A DNA stretch of 64,000 nucleotides from Marsupella aquatica (GCA_973895155.1 OZ316893.1:4384490-4448489), one strand, 5' to 3'; shown: positions 15,100 through 28,449, numbered from the stretch's first letter. Numbers and translations: made by a program. Notes: a model not told the origin generated them from the sequence alone.

Positions 15100-17091
15100 A
15101 AATTTCTTATGAACGATCATGACTATGGATGCGGGTGACGCGCTAAACTTTGAACGAAATTTAGTGGGTTAGCTAGCTGTTCTTGTGTCATTTGCTTTTG
15201 TGATGCACAACCACAGACGACCAATGGTCGGGTTTTGTGGGATGTGTGGTACATGGCATCAGACGGACAGCAAGCCTGACAAGGCTGGTTGCTACATGGC
15301 ATCCGATGGACAACAAGCCTGGCAAGCTTGATAGAATTGTGGTAGACGAGCAGGTGGTCGTTAAAGGTTTAGTGTTAGGCTCTCATGTGATGCTTTCATT
15401 CTGGGAGATAAGTGAAGTGAAGGTTGAATGTTATCGGTGGGAGAGAAGGGTATGTTCACAGGTCTCGTCCCTGTTGTTTACCTTTCTGTTTTGGACACTC
15501 AGGTAGTGGGTTTTGTTTAAGATGGATGCCTGGCATAGTGGCTCTGCTAAGCGAGGTCTCATTGTTGAGTACCTTGTGGTCAACTCTATTGCTTAAACTT
15601 CCAGTTGGACATCTTGCAATGGAGGGGGATGTAGTCCAGACTGGTGGACGAATATCTATTAGGTTGGGGAAGGAAGCGAGGAGTGGACAAAAATGCTAAT
15701 AGGCAGTATTTGGTAACTTTCCAGCTACGGTGTCCGAAGGTGTGAGTGGGTGAGGGTCCATTTTTGCCTGTCTGACAGTGTCGTTGATGCTGGTATCTAC
15801 CACAACCAAGCTTTGCTCTGGCTCTGAGGGATACCAGCAGCAGTGCACACAATGGAGAGCAATAGTGAGGTGTTCTGTACTGGAGCTGGTGCAACGGATG
15901 TGCTGTTTCCGTGGTGTAGGAAATTTGTATCCTATGACCAGAGCATATCTTTCAGATCTGGGTGGGAATGTACAGGTTGAAGGAGATTTTCAGAATGCCG
16001 TGTTTGCTATGCAAATATGCTAGACATCCTGTGAGGAATCGTGAGACATTCTGTGAGGAATGGATGATTGTTCACAGGAGGAGTCGTGAGCAATCATCCA
16101 TGTTCCTTGATAGGCTTATCTTAGAAGGGCTCTTGACCCGGTCCCAACCTATCGTAGTTGCGGCAGAGGTTTCATTAGTAAGAAGCTTTTATGTGTCCTG
16201 GGCTAATTATCACCCTAGGCTATCTGTCCATAGCGAAGGTAAGATTGGTTCTCATCTTGTTCTGTAATTTGTTGACTATCCTAAAATCATTTTCAAATTT
16301 TTAAACAGGTCTCTCCACCGTGCTTTGTGATTGTAAACTTGTGTATTTACTTCTTAATGAGCTTTGTTTGCTGAAATAATTACGCTACGATGCCAGAGAC
16401 GAATGGATATGTATTTATAGAGATAGCCATTGTTTAATCTGACGAAGCACGAAGTATTCTGAAGTCGGTAGTTTTTGCAGTGGACTGCCACAGGATGTGT
16501 AGCGAATGCCAATTATTTCCGTCATAGCTTAGGTCAATTTGAGTCGACGAAGTTCATACTAGGCCGTGCAGTCACTCTGTAGAGGAATTTATTTTTCTGG
16601 TCACCGCGAAGGGTTCAGAGTTCTCTCGTCAAATTCGTCTGAATAGATTAGAAGCGAGCTCGGCTTGAAACGTCAGACAATGCTGGGTTCGTTTATTTTC
16701 AGCCGACACAAGGATCTGAACAACGTTAAATCAGCGAATGATTCTTGAGACCAAAATGTCATCGTAAAGATCTTAATGGTCTTTGGTTGCTAATGGTGGA
16801 TCCATAGCTTTGGCAGAAGTCCTGCAAGGCCTGCAACAAGCAACTTTGATTACAGCTCACGCCGCTCTTAAGCAAATTATGGTGAATTTTTTAATCCTGT
16901 GGAGACATTCCGTTCAACTCAACCGCCATGTTATACTACAAACACTTCGCGAAGAGAGTGTTTAACCAGGGCCCCAAAGAGGGCTGACCGGGGCTGAGGA
17001 GAAACCAGGATTCCCATCACTATTTTTCGTAGAAATTTTCGTTGCATAAGGCCATTTTCTTTTTTTCTTTTTCGAAATGACTATTACAACG

Positions 17092-17274
17092 CGCACAACA
17101 GGAATGGCCTTTGTTTGGGTCACTGATGAACTAAGTGGACACACAACAGGAATGGCCTTTGTTTGGGTCACTGATGAACTAAGTGGACAGGAGGTGCTTA
17201 CCTTATGAATGTGATACTGGATGGGCAGAGGTACAAAGCACCTCATGAATGTGATACTGGATGGGCAGAGGTAC
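17092..17274. repeat. Two adjacent short direct duplications (~48 bp x2 and ~39 bp x2)
   Basis: cacaacaggaatggcctttgtttgggtcactgatgaactaagtggaca twice, then atgaatgtgatactggatgggcagaggtac twice, at the left edge of the organellar insertion. Confidence 0.8.
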
Positions 17275-17907
17275 GAGCCTGAATCAAAAGTATAGGTCAG
17301 TTTTTTATCAAAGATAAAAACGTTCCAATCATCCTTATTCGTAATCAATAGCCTAAATATGAAAATGAGGTGTCGACAGCCGATAACAATTTGATCAACG
17401 ATCCACGATGGTTGACAACGGGGAAGAAAAAACATTTGTTTGAATATCGTGTGCTTGAGTTGCGAAGGAATGAAACTGCACAGAGGGGAAGAGCGATCAA
17501 GCAGCATGGCTGCTTGATTGGCGAAGAAATAATCTACGTGGATGGAGTCATAACGCGAAGCGCGCTTGATTCGGAAATCATATTATAAACTGCGGGGACT
17601 ATTATGTCCGCAAAGGGGGTACGAGCCTCCTGGTTTAGCACTGACTGGGGCGACCTAGAGAATTAGTTTGGTGCCTTGGAGTGGTAATTTTAGTGCGCCT
17701 AGGAAGTCTCGTTCGAAGATGCGAAGGTTGAAAGCGATCGCCCGGATAAGACTCCTAACCCGAGGCGGGACCAGACCGCAGGGAACTAAAGCATGGAGCC
17801 TAACCGTTGTTTCGCCGCATGGCAATTTTTTTATTTTTATTTTCGTATGCAACAGGGTCAAGCCACAGCCCCCCCTCCCAACCACGGGGGTCCGGAAGGC
17901 GAGAGGG

Positions 17908-18270
17908 TCCATGACCTGGGTTCCTTTCAATGTTATGTACCCACGTGCCTATAGGTATTTTGGCTAATGGTATGCAATTTCTGACCATTTGATAATATGA
18001 ATCAAGTATGTATTTATTCTCACTAGAAACGTAGTCTCCGTGTAGCCAAGCTTGGCTATCTCGCTCGGTCTCCACCCTAAGGCCCGAAGGGTCATTAGCT
18101 TTCTGGGAAGATTGATGGTAGTTTAACGGGGTCGAAGGTTTAGACCAATGAAAATTAATCACCGTCTTGCCTACTTCCAATTTTTCACTGGCTAATATAT
18201 AAGTGAAAGGCTCGGAGGTGCGTAGCACTCGATCCGAACCCAAAGCGACACGCCCCGGGCCGCCGTCTTC
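17908..18270 (-). pseudogene. rpl2: Nuclear insertion of an internal fragment of mitochondrial rpl2 (NUMT)
   Basis: Translation ...TSEPFTYILASEKLEVGKTVIN...CIPLAKIPIGTWVHNIERNPGHG matches the plant mitochondrial Rpl2 core; truncated at both ends. Confidence 0.8.
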
Positions 18271-18272
18271 TC

Positions 18273-18371
18273 GAACCAATAACATGTGAACTATGTGAAA
18301 CTGGAGCGAATCGATATACAAAAAACACGAATTAGAATTTTCTCCAGAATAGTTTCTAATACAAAATGCAT
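18273..18371 (-). pseudogene. tatC: Nuclear insertion of the 5' end of mitochondrial tatC (mttB), unedited form
   Basis: Translation MHFVLETILEKILIRVFCISIRSSFT*FTCYWF resembles the N-terminus of plant mitochondrial TatC (…[20 protein letters not shown]); internal TAG. Confidence 0.75.
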
Positions 18372-18540
18372 TATATTTCGTCATGTGTCGAACCTGATCA
18401 AAACCAGGAAAATGCAAAGCAAAAAAATATATTTTTTGTTTGTTTTATTTCATCGGACCCTTTCCTTCCCTTCGGCCTCCATTCGCGATGCGAATAAAAC
18501 AGGAGAGAAGAAAGAAGCCACCCCACATATACCCTCCACA

Positions 18541-18785
18541 TCCCTTGTGTGTGGAGTGTGGAGTGACTCGCACCACAGACTACACTCTACACACACATAC
18601 ATACACATATCCTTCACTCTACACACATATACATACACATATCCTTGACACCCCTCCCCTTGTGTGTGGAGTGTGGAGTGACTTGCACCACAGACTACAC
18701 TCTACACACACATACATACACATATCCTTCACTCTACACACATATACATACACATATCTTTCACACCCCTCCCCTTGTGTGTGGA
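18541..18785. repeat. ~115-bp tandem duplication rich in CA/TA
   Basis: cccttgtgtgtggagtgtggagtgact...cacatatacatacacatat unit present twice, plus the start of a third. Confidence 0.85.
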
Positions 18786-20094
18786 GGGGGGATTAAACCT
18801 AGATTGAACCTGGGCACCTCTCCTTTCTAGGCTCATCCCTGACCATAGCCAAGGCCAGCTCGTGGGAAATGCAAGTTGTTTATTGCAAATAGTATGACAA
18901 TGGACCTTCTTGCCATGTGATGTAATGATAATTACTAAAAACTAAAAACTTCAAAAATGTAAAACCACAGGATGGATGTGCTTCCTGCCCGTGCCTTCCG
19001 CGCACTTTGTGCACAATTCACCTAAGGAACGATGTTAATAAACACAATTACGTACTATCGATTTTGGAGATCAGAAATGCTTTATAAAAAGAATATGAAT
19101 CGCTCAAGAGGGTGGTCCTAAAAGCATAGTGTGGCATTACTCAATCCCTGGAAACCATTTCCTTGAATACTCCTGCCGAGCCCACTGAGTTGTACGAAAC
19201 TGCATCACGGAAGCAATGTCCAGCCAAGTCCTCAAATTCCCTACAACGCTGGATAGAATTACGCCTTATTTTGGTTCCTTGATTCTGTTAATCGTTTTGC
19301 CCTTTTCTTTGTGACCCTGGGTAAACATGAGGTTGGCATCCGCTTTACACCAAAAACAGCGACACACAAACCCTGTACAGGTCATTAAGCCTGAAAAGCG
19401 AGTCGCTGTCGCTGTTTAGCACTAAGCACACTACTCTCACACGGCGAAGTCACTTCAAGGTATCTACTGTAGTGCCTAGTTCAATTCTCACGACAAGTCA
19501 CCGAATTGAAAACAAGGAGTACTTGCAGTTTCCAAGAACCAGTAGGAGCTCCCAACAGAAGACAGAGGTGTAAGTCGGACAAACTACCTGGAACGTTGAG
19601 GTCTCATCACTGGAGGAGTAGGAAGAATATGCCTCAGTCAGTCTTACTAGGAAGAATATGCCCCAGTCAGCTTACCTGCAAGAGTTCTCAGCTCTGGAGT
19701 TGTAGGAAGAATACGCTGCATCAGTCCTAGCAGAACTCTCATCAGTGCAAGTGTAGGCATAATAATCCTGACAAGCCATGAAAGAGCTCTCATCTGTGGA
19801 GCTGGAGGAAGAATAAACCTCAGCAGTCCTGGAAGAGCTCTCGTCTGTGGACCTGTTAGTAGGAAGAGTAATCAAATTCACTTATGAAACTTTGCAAATG
19901 GACTTTCCCATGACCTTGGCAAAGACTTCGAAAAGCAATGGTTAAAACTTAGCAGATGCGTAAATGTGAAGCAATTAACGTTGCACAGCTGTAATGCGTA
20001 TGCACTTCTCTATGACTACCTTTGTAAATACTCAGCACAATCGCGAAGCAATTACTATTCCACAATTGTGATGTAGCTAGCTTCACAGATTTTC

Positions 20095-20221
20095 CCGATG
20101 TGTTTAGCTTTGCAAGAGTAGAGAAACATGTTATTTGCCCGATGTGTTTAGCTTTGCAAGAGTAGAGAAACATGTTATTTGCCCGATGTGTTTAGCTTTG
20201 CAAGAATATGAGAAACATGTT
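20095..20221. repeat. ~44-bp tandem repeat x~3
   Basis: ccgatgtgtttagctttgcaagagtagagaaacatgttatttgc repeated; single copy at the paralogous positions ~23290 and ~26280. Confidence 0.8.
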
Positions 20222-20976
20222 AAGGAAATTTCAATGTGCAGCCGGGCTACCATCCCATTGAGAGCACACCTGAAGACGGAGGATTCGTGAGATAGTTCGT
20301 TGCGCAAGAGTGGGTCCCATCCCATTGAGAGCGCACCTGAAGAGGGAAGATCCATTGACGGCTTCAATCTTGAAGGACTTGTGTCTTGCAACATGTATCC
20401 CTACGTACAAGGGTTTAAACTCAGGCTAGCTGAGACTTCGTGAGTATTGATCTTTTACCGCTAGGTTGAGTCAGTGTGGTTGTCAAACGGAAAACGACTA
20501 TGATACTAATGACAAAGCACACTCAGCTACAAATGGCAAAATTTGGATGCTCTCATATTAATAGCTCTTTAGATGTTTCAGAATTGCAGATAAAGCTAGT
20601 CTGGCTTGAAGTTTTGTCATTACTACAGTTAGGCTCTCAATATAATGGTTTATTTCCTACCAGTGTGTCCAACACCCGTTTCCCGAGGGTTTTAGCAGGA
20701 ACTTTTCCTATATATATATACCAAACACTTTTTACACACTATTTACGTAGTTGCTGGCAACCCCGTCGGCAGTACGTCGTGCGGAACTCTGAGGACCTGG
20801 CTTTCCATCTGTGAGGCGAACGCAAGTATCGGAAGAGGAGGGGTGGTCTGAAAAATGTTCGATTGATCTCAGTCATCATTGTGTACATTTAACAGCGGGT
20901 GGTTTGTCGGGTAAGTTGAAGATTGGGATAGGAGAGGGTCGAAGAAGAGCCAAAGGGAAGATAGAAGCGAAGAAGA

Positions 20977-21561
20977 ATGTTTCTGTTCAATTGGGTTTAT
21001 GCTGCGCTCTGGAAGCTGGGGCTATGGAAAAAGGAGGCCAAAATCTTGTTCCTTGGATTGGACAATTCCGGAAAGACAACTCTGTTGCAGATGCTCAAGA
21101 ACGAGCGGTTGGTTCAACATCTACCCACACAGCAGCCAACGTCCGAAGAACTGAGTATCGGAAAAATCACGTTCAAAGCATTTGACTTGGGTGGTCACCA
21201 GATTGCGCGTCGAGTCTGGAAGGATTATTATGTCAATGTGGATGCGATAGTTTACCTTGTGGATGCAGCCGACAAGGAGAGGTTCGCGGAGTCTAAGACG
21301 GAGCTCGACTCCCTTCTCTGTGCAAAGGCTCTGGCCAACGTCCCACTGCTAATTTTGGGAAATAAAATTGATATTCCCGACGCGGCCTCTGAGTACGAAC
21401 TTCGGTACAATCTCGGCGTGGTAGAAATCAGTACCGGCAAAGGGAAGGTCAAGCAGAGTGACGACGTAGATATGAGGCCAATTGAAGTCTTCATGTGCAG
21501 TGTAGTTCGCAAAATGGGTTACGGTGAGGGTATTAACTGGATGTCCCAGTTCATCAAGTGA
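20977..21561 (+). CDS. SAR1: SAR1 small GTPase (COPII), intronless, copy 1
   Basis: 194 aa: [19 protein letters not shown] (P-loop), [46 protein letters not shown]. Confidence 0.95.
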   Translation: MFLFNWVYAALWKLGLWKKEAKILFLGLDNSGKTTLLQMLKNERLVQHLPTQQPTSEELSIGKITFKAFDLGGHQIARRVWKDYYVNVDAIVYLVDAADKERFAESKTELDSLLCAKALANVPLLILGNKIDIPDAASEYELRYNLGVVEISTGKGKVKQSDDVDMRPIEVFMCSVVRKMGYGEGINWMSQFIK

Positions 21562-23965
21562 AATGTTGCAGATTGCGAGCATATCGACACAAGTGGAGGG
21601 ACATGTCCTTCCTACCGCATCTTCCACGTTTTTATTAACATGCTGAAGCGCTAGAATGTAATGAAGTGGATAATCGTTCAAATGAGGGTGCTCTTAGTAT
21701 CGTTTGTCTTTCAGTTGCATCAGAGGAACCTTGTTTCAATATCGCAGAAGACTGCAATGGGTTTGAATTAATGTATATAATTTAATTGTGTGTTTGGACT
21801 TAGTAAACTTTTGTATATCCGATTCTCTACCATCGGTCGGGTAGTGAACTGTGTATATATGAAAATTGCCCGGCATATTCTCATCCCAAATGAAATCTAA
21901 GCCTTCCCTCTGGAATCCAAGCATAATTGATTTTCGACCAAACCAGTCAAGAGCACTTAGAAGTTCGAATTCACCAGGACGAATTCTGAATTTTGTCACA
22001 TTTCAAATATCCAGAGTGGCTTTTGCGTATGGGTGGAGTTGTCGGTGGCACGTAGTCATTGTGAACCTGTTACTCATCGTCCTGGTTAATAAGCCCACGC
22101 AGATGCTCCAAGACAACATCCAGTGCATCCGGTTCAACACCATCCGCTTTGGAAATGTGCACTTTATCTATGACGTCCAATCTGTGTATATGCTATGCTG
22201 TATGTTTGTTCCAATCTTCAGTCGTGGACCTCTCTTGTAAAAAGGGATCGCACATTGCCATAGGCCGGGTCTCCTTAGTTGACACAACGAAGGAGGGCGT
22301 ATAAGTGCGAAAGTCGATGACATTGCACCTAGCTTAAGTGTTCAGAAATAAATACGTTGGTTACTCAGATCCTTAACAACGTTGTTTAGACAGACCCCAA
22401 CCAGAATTCTAAACTTTAACTCCAAACCCTAACCCCAAGCATGCAACATCGAAAAATCTATGCCAACTACGGCAATCGTGGATTTGCCAGACTCAGCTTA
22501 TCACAAAGAAAAGTGCCAACCAAACGCTTACCGGGCCATTGCATAAATTGTTACCATTATTACTTCACTGCAAATCAAACACCGTAACCTGTCACATCAC
22601 AAATTCCAAACTTATACTAATGGCGTCGACGTAATGATTTGGCAACAGGTCAGGAAACCTGAAAAGTGAGTCGCTGTTTAGCACGAAGCACACTAGTCTC
22701 ACACAGGAGGTCACCTTCAAGTGGTCGAAAGACTAGATCAATTCTCACGACAAGTCACCGACTTGAGGAAAAGGAGTACCTGCAGTGTCGAAGAACCAGG
22801 TGGAGTTCCCATCAGAAGACTGAGGTGTAAGTTATAGACATTTTACCTGGCACGTTGAGCTCTCATTAATTACTGAGCTCTAGGAAGAATATGCTTCATC
22901 AGTCCTGACAGAGCTCTCATCAGTGCAAGTGTCGGCCTAATAACCTCACAAGTCATGGAAGAGCTCTCATCTGTGGAGCTGTAGGAAGATTAATCCCCAG
23001 CAGTCCTGGAAGAGCTGTCGTCTTTATGTGGACCTCTTAGTAAGAAGAATAATCGTTATCAGTTATGAAACGTACTTAATTTGCAAATTGACTTTCCCAT
23101 GACTTAGCTTGGCAAAGACTTTGCAAGCGAATGCTTCAAACTTAGCCGATCGATACGAAATTGTGAAGCAATTAACAGTGCACAGTTTCAATGCATGTGC
23201 GATTCCCTATTTACTGCCTTTGTAAACACTTCGCATAAGCGCGAAGCAATTACTATGGCACAATTTTGATGTAGTTAGCCTCTCAGATTTTCCCGATATA
23301 TGTATTCTGCTTTGCAAGAGTATGAAAAACATTCCTAGGAAATTTCAATGTACAAGGTCCATTATAAGAAATATTTGGAAAAAACTGGGTATCCCACTTT
23401 TGAAGATAAGTGACGTGCAACTTAGTCTCACATTAATATATAAGAATCAGAGCCATGGGCTACTTTCACAAGACAAGGGACTACCGAGAGACATTGCTAC
23501 TTGCACAAGACGAATGACCAACACCGAGCATAAACTTAGAACCTGCAAATGAATGATCTCCCAAAAGTTCTTGAAGAGTTTGTTTCACTAGTTGCATATA
23601 ATCATGGATAGTTTCACAAGACAAGTGACCACACACCAGTACTGACTAGGGACCAGAGAGCTGAGCAGTATGACCACCTGTATTGTGAGGCTTATTTAAG
23701 GATCTCAATACCCACTTCTTTCACACACTATTTACGTAGTTGCTGGCAACCCCGTCGGCAGTACGTCGTGCGGAACTCTGAGGACCTGGCTTTCCATCTG
23801 TGAGGCGAACGCAAGTATCGGAAGAGGAGGGGTGGTCTGAAAAATGTTCGATTGATCTCAGTCATCATTGTGTACATTTAACAGCGGGTGGTTTGTCGGG
23901 TAAGTTGAAGATTGGGATAGGAGAGGGTCGAAGAAGAGCCAAAGGGAAGATAGAAGCGAAGAAGA

Positions 23966-24550
23966 ATGTTTCTGTTCAATTGGGTTTATTCTGCGCTCTG
24001 GAAGCTGGGGCTATGGAAAAAGGAGGCCAAAATCTTGTTCCTTGGATTGGACAATTCCGGAAAGACAACTCTGTTGCAGATGCTCAAGAACGAGCGGTTG
24101 GTTCAACATCTACCCACACAGCAGCCAACGTCCGAAGAACTGAGTATCGGAAAAATCACGTTCAAAGCATTTGACTTGGGTGGTCACCAGATTGCGCGTC
24201 GAGTCTGGAAGGATTATTATGTCAATGTGGATGCGATAGTTTACCTTGTGGATGCAGCCGACAAGGAGAGGTTCGCGGAGTCTAAGACGGAGCTCGACTC
24301 CCTTCTCTGTGCAAAGGCTCTGGCCAACGTCCCACTGCTAATTTTGGGAAATAAAATTGATATTCCCGACGCGGCCTCTGAGTACGAACTTCGGTACAAT
24401 CTCGGCGTGGTAGAAATCAGTACCGGCAAAGGGAAGGTCAAGCAGAGTGACGACGTAGATATGAGGCCAATTGAAGTCTTCATGTGCAGTGTAGTTCGCA
24501 AAATGGGTTACGGTGAGGGTATTAACTGGATGTCCCAGTTCATCAAGTGA
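23966..24550 (+). CDS. SAR1: SAR1 small GTPase, intronless, copy 2
   Basis: Same protein as copy 1 except A9S; offset 2989 bp. Confidence 0.95.
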   Translation: MFLFNWVYSALWKLGLWKKEAKILFLGLDNSGKTTLLQMLKNERLVQHLPTQQPTSEELSIGKITFKAFDLGGHQIARRVWKDYYVNVDAIVYLVDAADKERFAESKTELDSLLCAKALANVPLLILGNKIDIPDAASEYELRYNLGVVEISTGKGKVKQSDDVDMRPIEVFMCSVVRKMGYGEGINWMSQFIK

Positions 24551-26954
24551 AATGTTGCAGATTGCGAGCATATCGACACAAGTGGAGGGACATGTCCTTC
24601 CTACCGCATCTTCCACGTTTTTATTAACATGCTGAAGCGCTAGAATGTAATGAAGTGGATAATCGTTCAAATGAGGGTGCTCTTAGTATCGTTTGTCTTT
24701 CAGTTGCATCAGAGGAACCTTGTTTCAATATCGCAGAAGACTGCAATGGGTTTGAATTAATGTATATAATTTAATTGTGTGTTTGGACTTAGTAAACTTT
24801 TGTATATCCGATTCTCTACCATCGGTCGGGTAGTGAACTGTGTATATATGAAAATTGCCCGGCATATTCTCATCCCAAATGAAATCTAAGCCTTCCCTCT
24901 GGAATCCAAGCATAATTGATTTTCGACCAAACCAGTCAAGAGCACTTAGAAGTTCGAATTCACCAGGACGAATTCTGAATTTTGTCACATTTCAAATATC
25001 CAGAGTGGCTTTTGCGTATGGGTGGAGTTGTCGGTGGCACGTAGTCATTGTGAACCTGTTACTCATCGTCCTGGTTAATAAGCCCACGCAGATGCTCCAA
25101 GACAACATCCAGTGCATCCGGTTCAACACCATCCGCTTTGGAAATGTGCACTTTATCTATGACGTCCAATCTGTGTATATGCTATGCTGTATGTTTGTTC
25201 CAATCTTCAGTCGTGGACCTCTCTTGTAAAAAGGGATCGCACATTGCCATAGGCCGGGTCTCCTTAGTTGACACAACGAAGGAGGGCGTATAAGTGCGAA
25301 AGTCGATGACATTGCACCTAGCTTAAGTGTTCAGAAATAAATACGTTGGTTACTCAGATCCTTAACAACGTTGTTTAGACAGACCCCAACCAGAATTCTA
25401 AACTTTAACTCCAAACCCTAACCCCAAGCATGCAACATCGAAAAATCTATGCCAACTACGGCAATCGTGGATTTGCCAGACTCAGCTTATCACAAAGAAA
25501 AGTGCCAACCAAACGCTTACCGGGCCATTGCATAAATTGTTACCATTATTACTTCACTGCAAATCAAACACCGTAACCTGTCACATCACAAATTCCAAAC
25601 TTATACTAATGGCGTCGACGTAATGATTTGGCAACAGGTCAGGAAACCTGAAAAGTGAGTCGCTGTTTAGCACGAAGCACACTAGTCTCACACAGGAGGT
25701 CACCTTCAAGTGGTCGAAAGACTAGATCAATTCTCACGACAAGTCACCGACTTGAGGAAAAGGAGTACCTGCAGTGTCGAAGAACCAGGTGGAGTTCCCA
25801 TCAGAAGACTGAGGTGTAAGTTATAGACATTTTACCTGGCACGTTGAGCTCTCATTAATTACTGAGCTCTAGGAAGAATATGCTTCATCAGTCCTGACAG
25901 AGCTCTCATCAGTGCAAGTGTCGGCCTAATAACCTCACAAGTCATGGAAGAGCTCTCATCTGTGGAGCTGTAGGAAGATTAATCCCCAGCAGTCCTGGAA
26001 GAGCTGTCGTCTTTATGTGGACCTCTTAGTAAGAAGAATAATCGTTATCAGTTATGAAACGTACTTAATTTGCAAATTGACTTTCCCATGACTTAGCTTG
26101 GCAAAGACTTTGCAAGCGAATGCTTCAAACTTAGCCGATCGATACGAAATTGTGAAGCAATTAACAGTGCACAGTTTCAATGCATGTGCGATTCCCTATT
26201 TACTGCCTTTGTAAACACTTCGCATAAGCGCGAAGCAATTACTATGGCACAATTTTGATGTAGTTAGCCTCTCAGATTTTCCCGATATATGTATTCTGCT
26301 TTGCAAGAGTATGAAAAACATTCCTAGGAAATTTCAATGTACAAGGTCCATTATAAGAAATATTTGGAAAAAACTGGGTATCCCACTTTTGAAGATAAGT
26401 GACGTGCAACTTAGTCTCACATTAATATATAAGAATCAGAGCCATGGGCTACTTTCACAAGACAAGGGACTACCGAGAGACATTGCTACTTGCACAAGAC
26501 GAATGACCAACACCGAGCATAAACTTAGAACCTGCAAATGAATGATCTCCCAAAAGTTCTTGAAGAGTTTGTTTCACTAGTTGCATATAATCATGGATAG
26601 TTTCACAAGACAAGTGACCACACACCAGTACTGACTAGGGACCAGAGAGCTGAGCAGTATGACCACCTGTATTGTGAGGCTTATTTAAGGATCTCAATAC
26701 CCACTTCTTTCACACACTATTTACGTAGTTGCTGGCAACCCCGTCGGCAGTACGTCGTGCGGAACTCTGAGGACCTGGCTTTCCATCTGTGAGGCGAACG
26801 CAAGTATCGGAAGAGGAGGGGTGGTCTGAAAAATGTTCGATTGATCTCAGTCATCATTGTGTACATTTAACAGCGGGTGGTTTGTCGGGTAAGTTGAAGA
26901 TTGGGATAGGAGAGGGTCGAAGAAGAGCCAAAGGGAAGATAGAAGCGAAGAAGA

Positions 26955-27539
26955 ATGTTTCTGTTCAATTGGGTTTATTCTGCGCTCTGGAAGCTGGGGC
27001 TATGGAAAAAGGAGGCCAAAATCTTGTTCCTTGGATTGGACAATTCCGGAAAGACAACTCTGTTGCAGATGCTCAAGAACGAGCGGTTGGTTCAACATCT
27101 ACCCACACAGCAGCCAACGTCCGAAGAACTGAGTATCGGAAAAATCACGTTCAAAGCATTTGACTTGGGTGGTCACCAGATTGCGCGTCGAGTCTGGAAG
27201 GATTATTATGTCAATGTGGATGCGATAGTTTACCTTGTGGATGCAGCCGACAAGGAGAGGTTCGCGGAGTCTAAGACGGAGCTCGACTCCCTTCTCTGTG
27301 CAAAGGCTCTGGCCAACGTCCCACTGCTAATTTTGGGAAATAAAATTGATATTCCCGACGCGGCCTCTGAGTACGAACTTCGGTACAATCTCGGCGTGGT
27401 AGAAATCAGTACCGGCAAAGGGAAGGTCAAGCAGAGTGACGACGTAGATATGAGGCCAATTGAAGTCTTCATGTGCAGTGTAGTTCGCAAAATGGGTTAC
27501 GGTGAGGGTATTAACTGGATGTCCCAGTTCATCAAGTGA
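26955..27539 (+). CDS. SAR1: SAR1 small GTPase, intronless, copy 3
   Basis: Same protein as copy 2; offset a further 2989 bp. Confidence 0.95.
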   Translation: MFLFNWVYSALWKLGLWKKEAKILFLGLDNSGKTTLLQMLKNERLVQHLPTQQPTSEELSIGKITFKAFDLGGHQIARRVWKDYYVNVDAIVYLVDAADKERFAESKTELDSLLCAKALANVPLLILGNKIDIPDAASEYELRYNLGVVEISTGKGKVKQSDDVDMRPIEVFMCSVVRKMGYGEGINWMSQFIK

Positions 27540-28449
27540 GATATAGCAGACTGGGAGCATATCTACACCAGTGAAGGGCCATGTCCTTCCTACCGCATAT
27601 CGAGCCGCATATTCCACGTTTTAGCATCAATGCGAAAGTGCTAGAATGTACTGTGGTCGATAATCGTTCAAATGAGGGTGCTCTTAGTATGCTTGTCTTT
27701 CGGTTGCATCAGAGGAACCTTGCTAGCTTCAACACTGCAGAATACTGCAATGGGTTTGAATGTATATAATTTAATTTGTATGTTATGACTTAGTAAACTC
27801 GTTTTCTCACCAAGAGAGTTTGCACATCTCTTAAACACTACTTCTGTTGGAAGTGAGTCAACAAGCGCAGAGGTTGATTAACTGGTTGGTGCAGGTACAT
27901 GCATTAAAAGATTGTTTACGTTAAAAACCTGTAGGTACTGAAAAAGTCAGAGTTTCCAATGTTCATGTCTTGACATCTAATGTACTGAGTTCAAAACTCA
28001 TGTCAAGACTTGCCACAAAATGTAAAATTAATGTGTTGAGAAAGAGTGGCGGAGATCCGTTTCGTTGTTATTGACCAGTAACTGCAAAAACGACATACTT
28101 AGTTCTACTAAGACTTGCTAAATAGAACATTATGTCAAGCAGAGGGGAGATCACTACAGTAGAAGTAGGACAACAAGTGCAATTTTGGTTTCAACCTATA
28201 CGTGCAGGCATTCATTGCTAAATTAGCAAATGGAAATAGACACTAACATACTTTTTACAGAAAAGGGCCAAATAAAAAAGGGCCAAATAGAGAACAAAAG
28301 AATAAACAAGAGAGGTCTCGAGTGAGCAAAACCAAAACCAAAAGAAGTGAGCAAAAGGAAACCCAAAAAACAAGAAAGGGGAACAAAAAGAAGTGAGCAA
28401 GCAAATGAACCAAGGTCCTCAACATTCCTAGCAAATGTGGCAAAAAGCT

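Larger units (their letters stand above)
20730..27539 (+). repeat. Near-perfect tandem segmental duplication, 2989-bp period (~2.3 units)
   Basis: ORF track and sequence repeat at +2989 and +5978; identity ends upstream of ~20730 and right after the stop codon at 27539. Confidence 0.95.

Noticed and set aside
17800-18417. 205-aa ORF as a functional nuclear Rpl2 with a targeting peptide
   Set aside because: It is a chimera of off-frame tatC sequence, an internal rpl2 piece and unrelated sequence, and lacks both conserved Rpl2 ends.
20811-22240. Short ORFs overlapping or following SAR1 (and their duplicates)
   Set aside because: Alternative-frame or UTR ORFs without recognisable motifs; they repeat only because of the segmental duplication.
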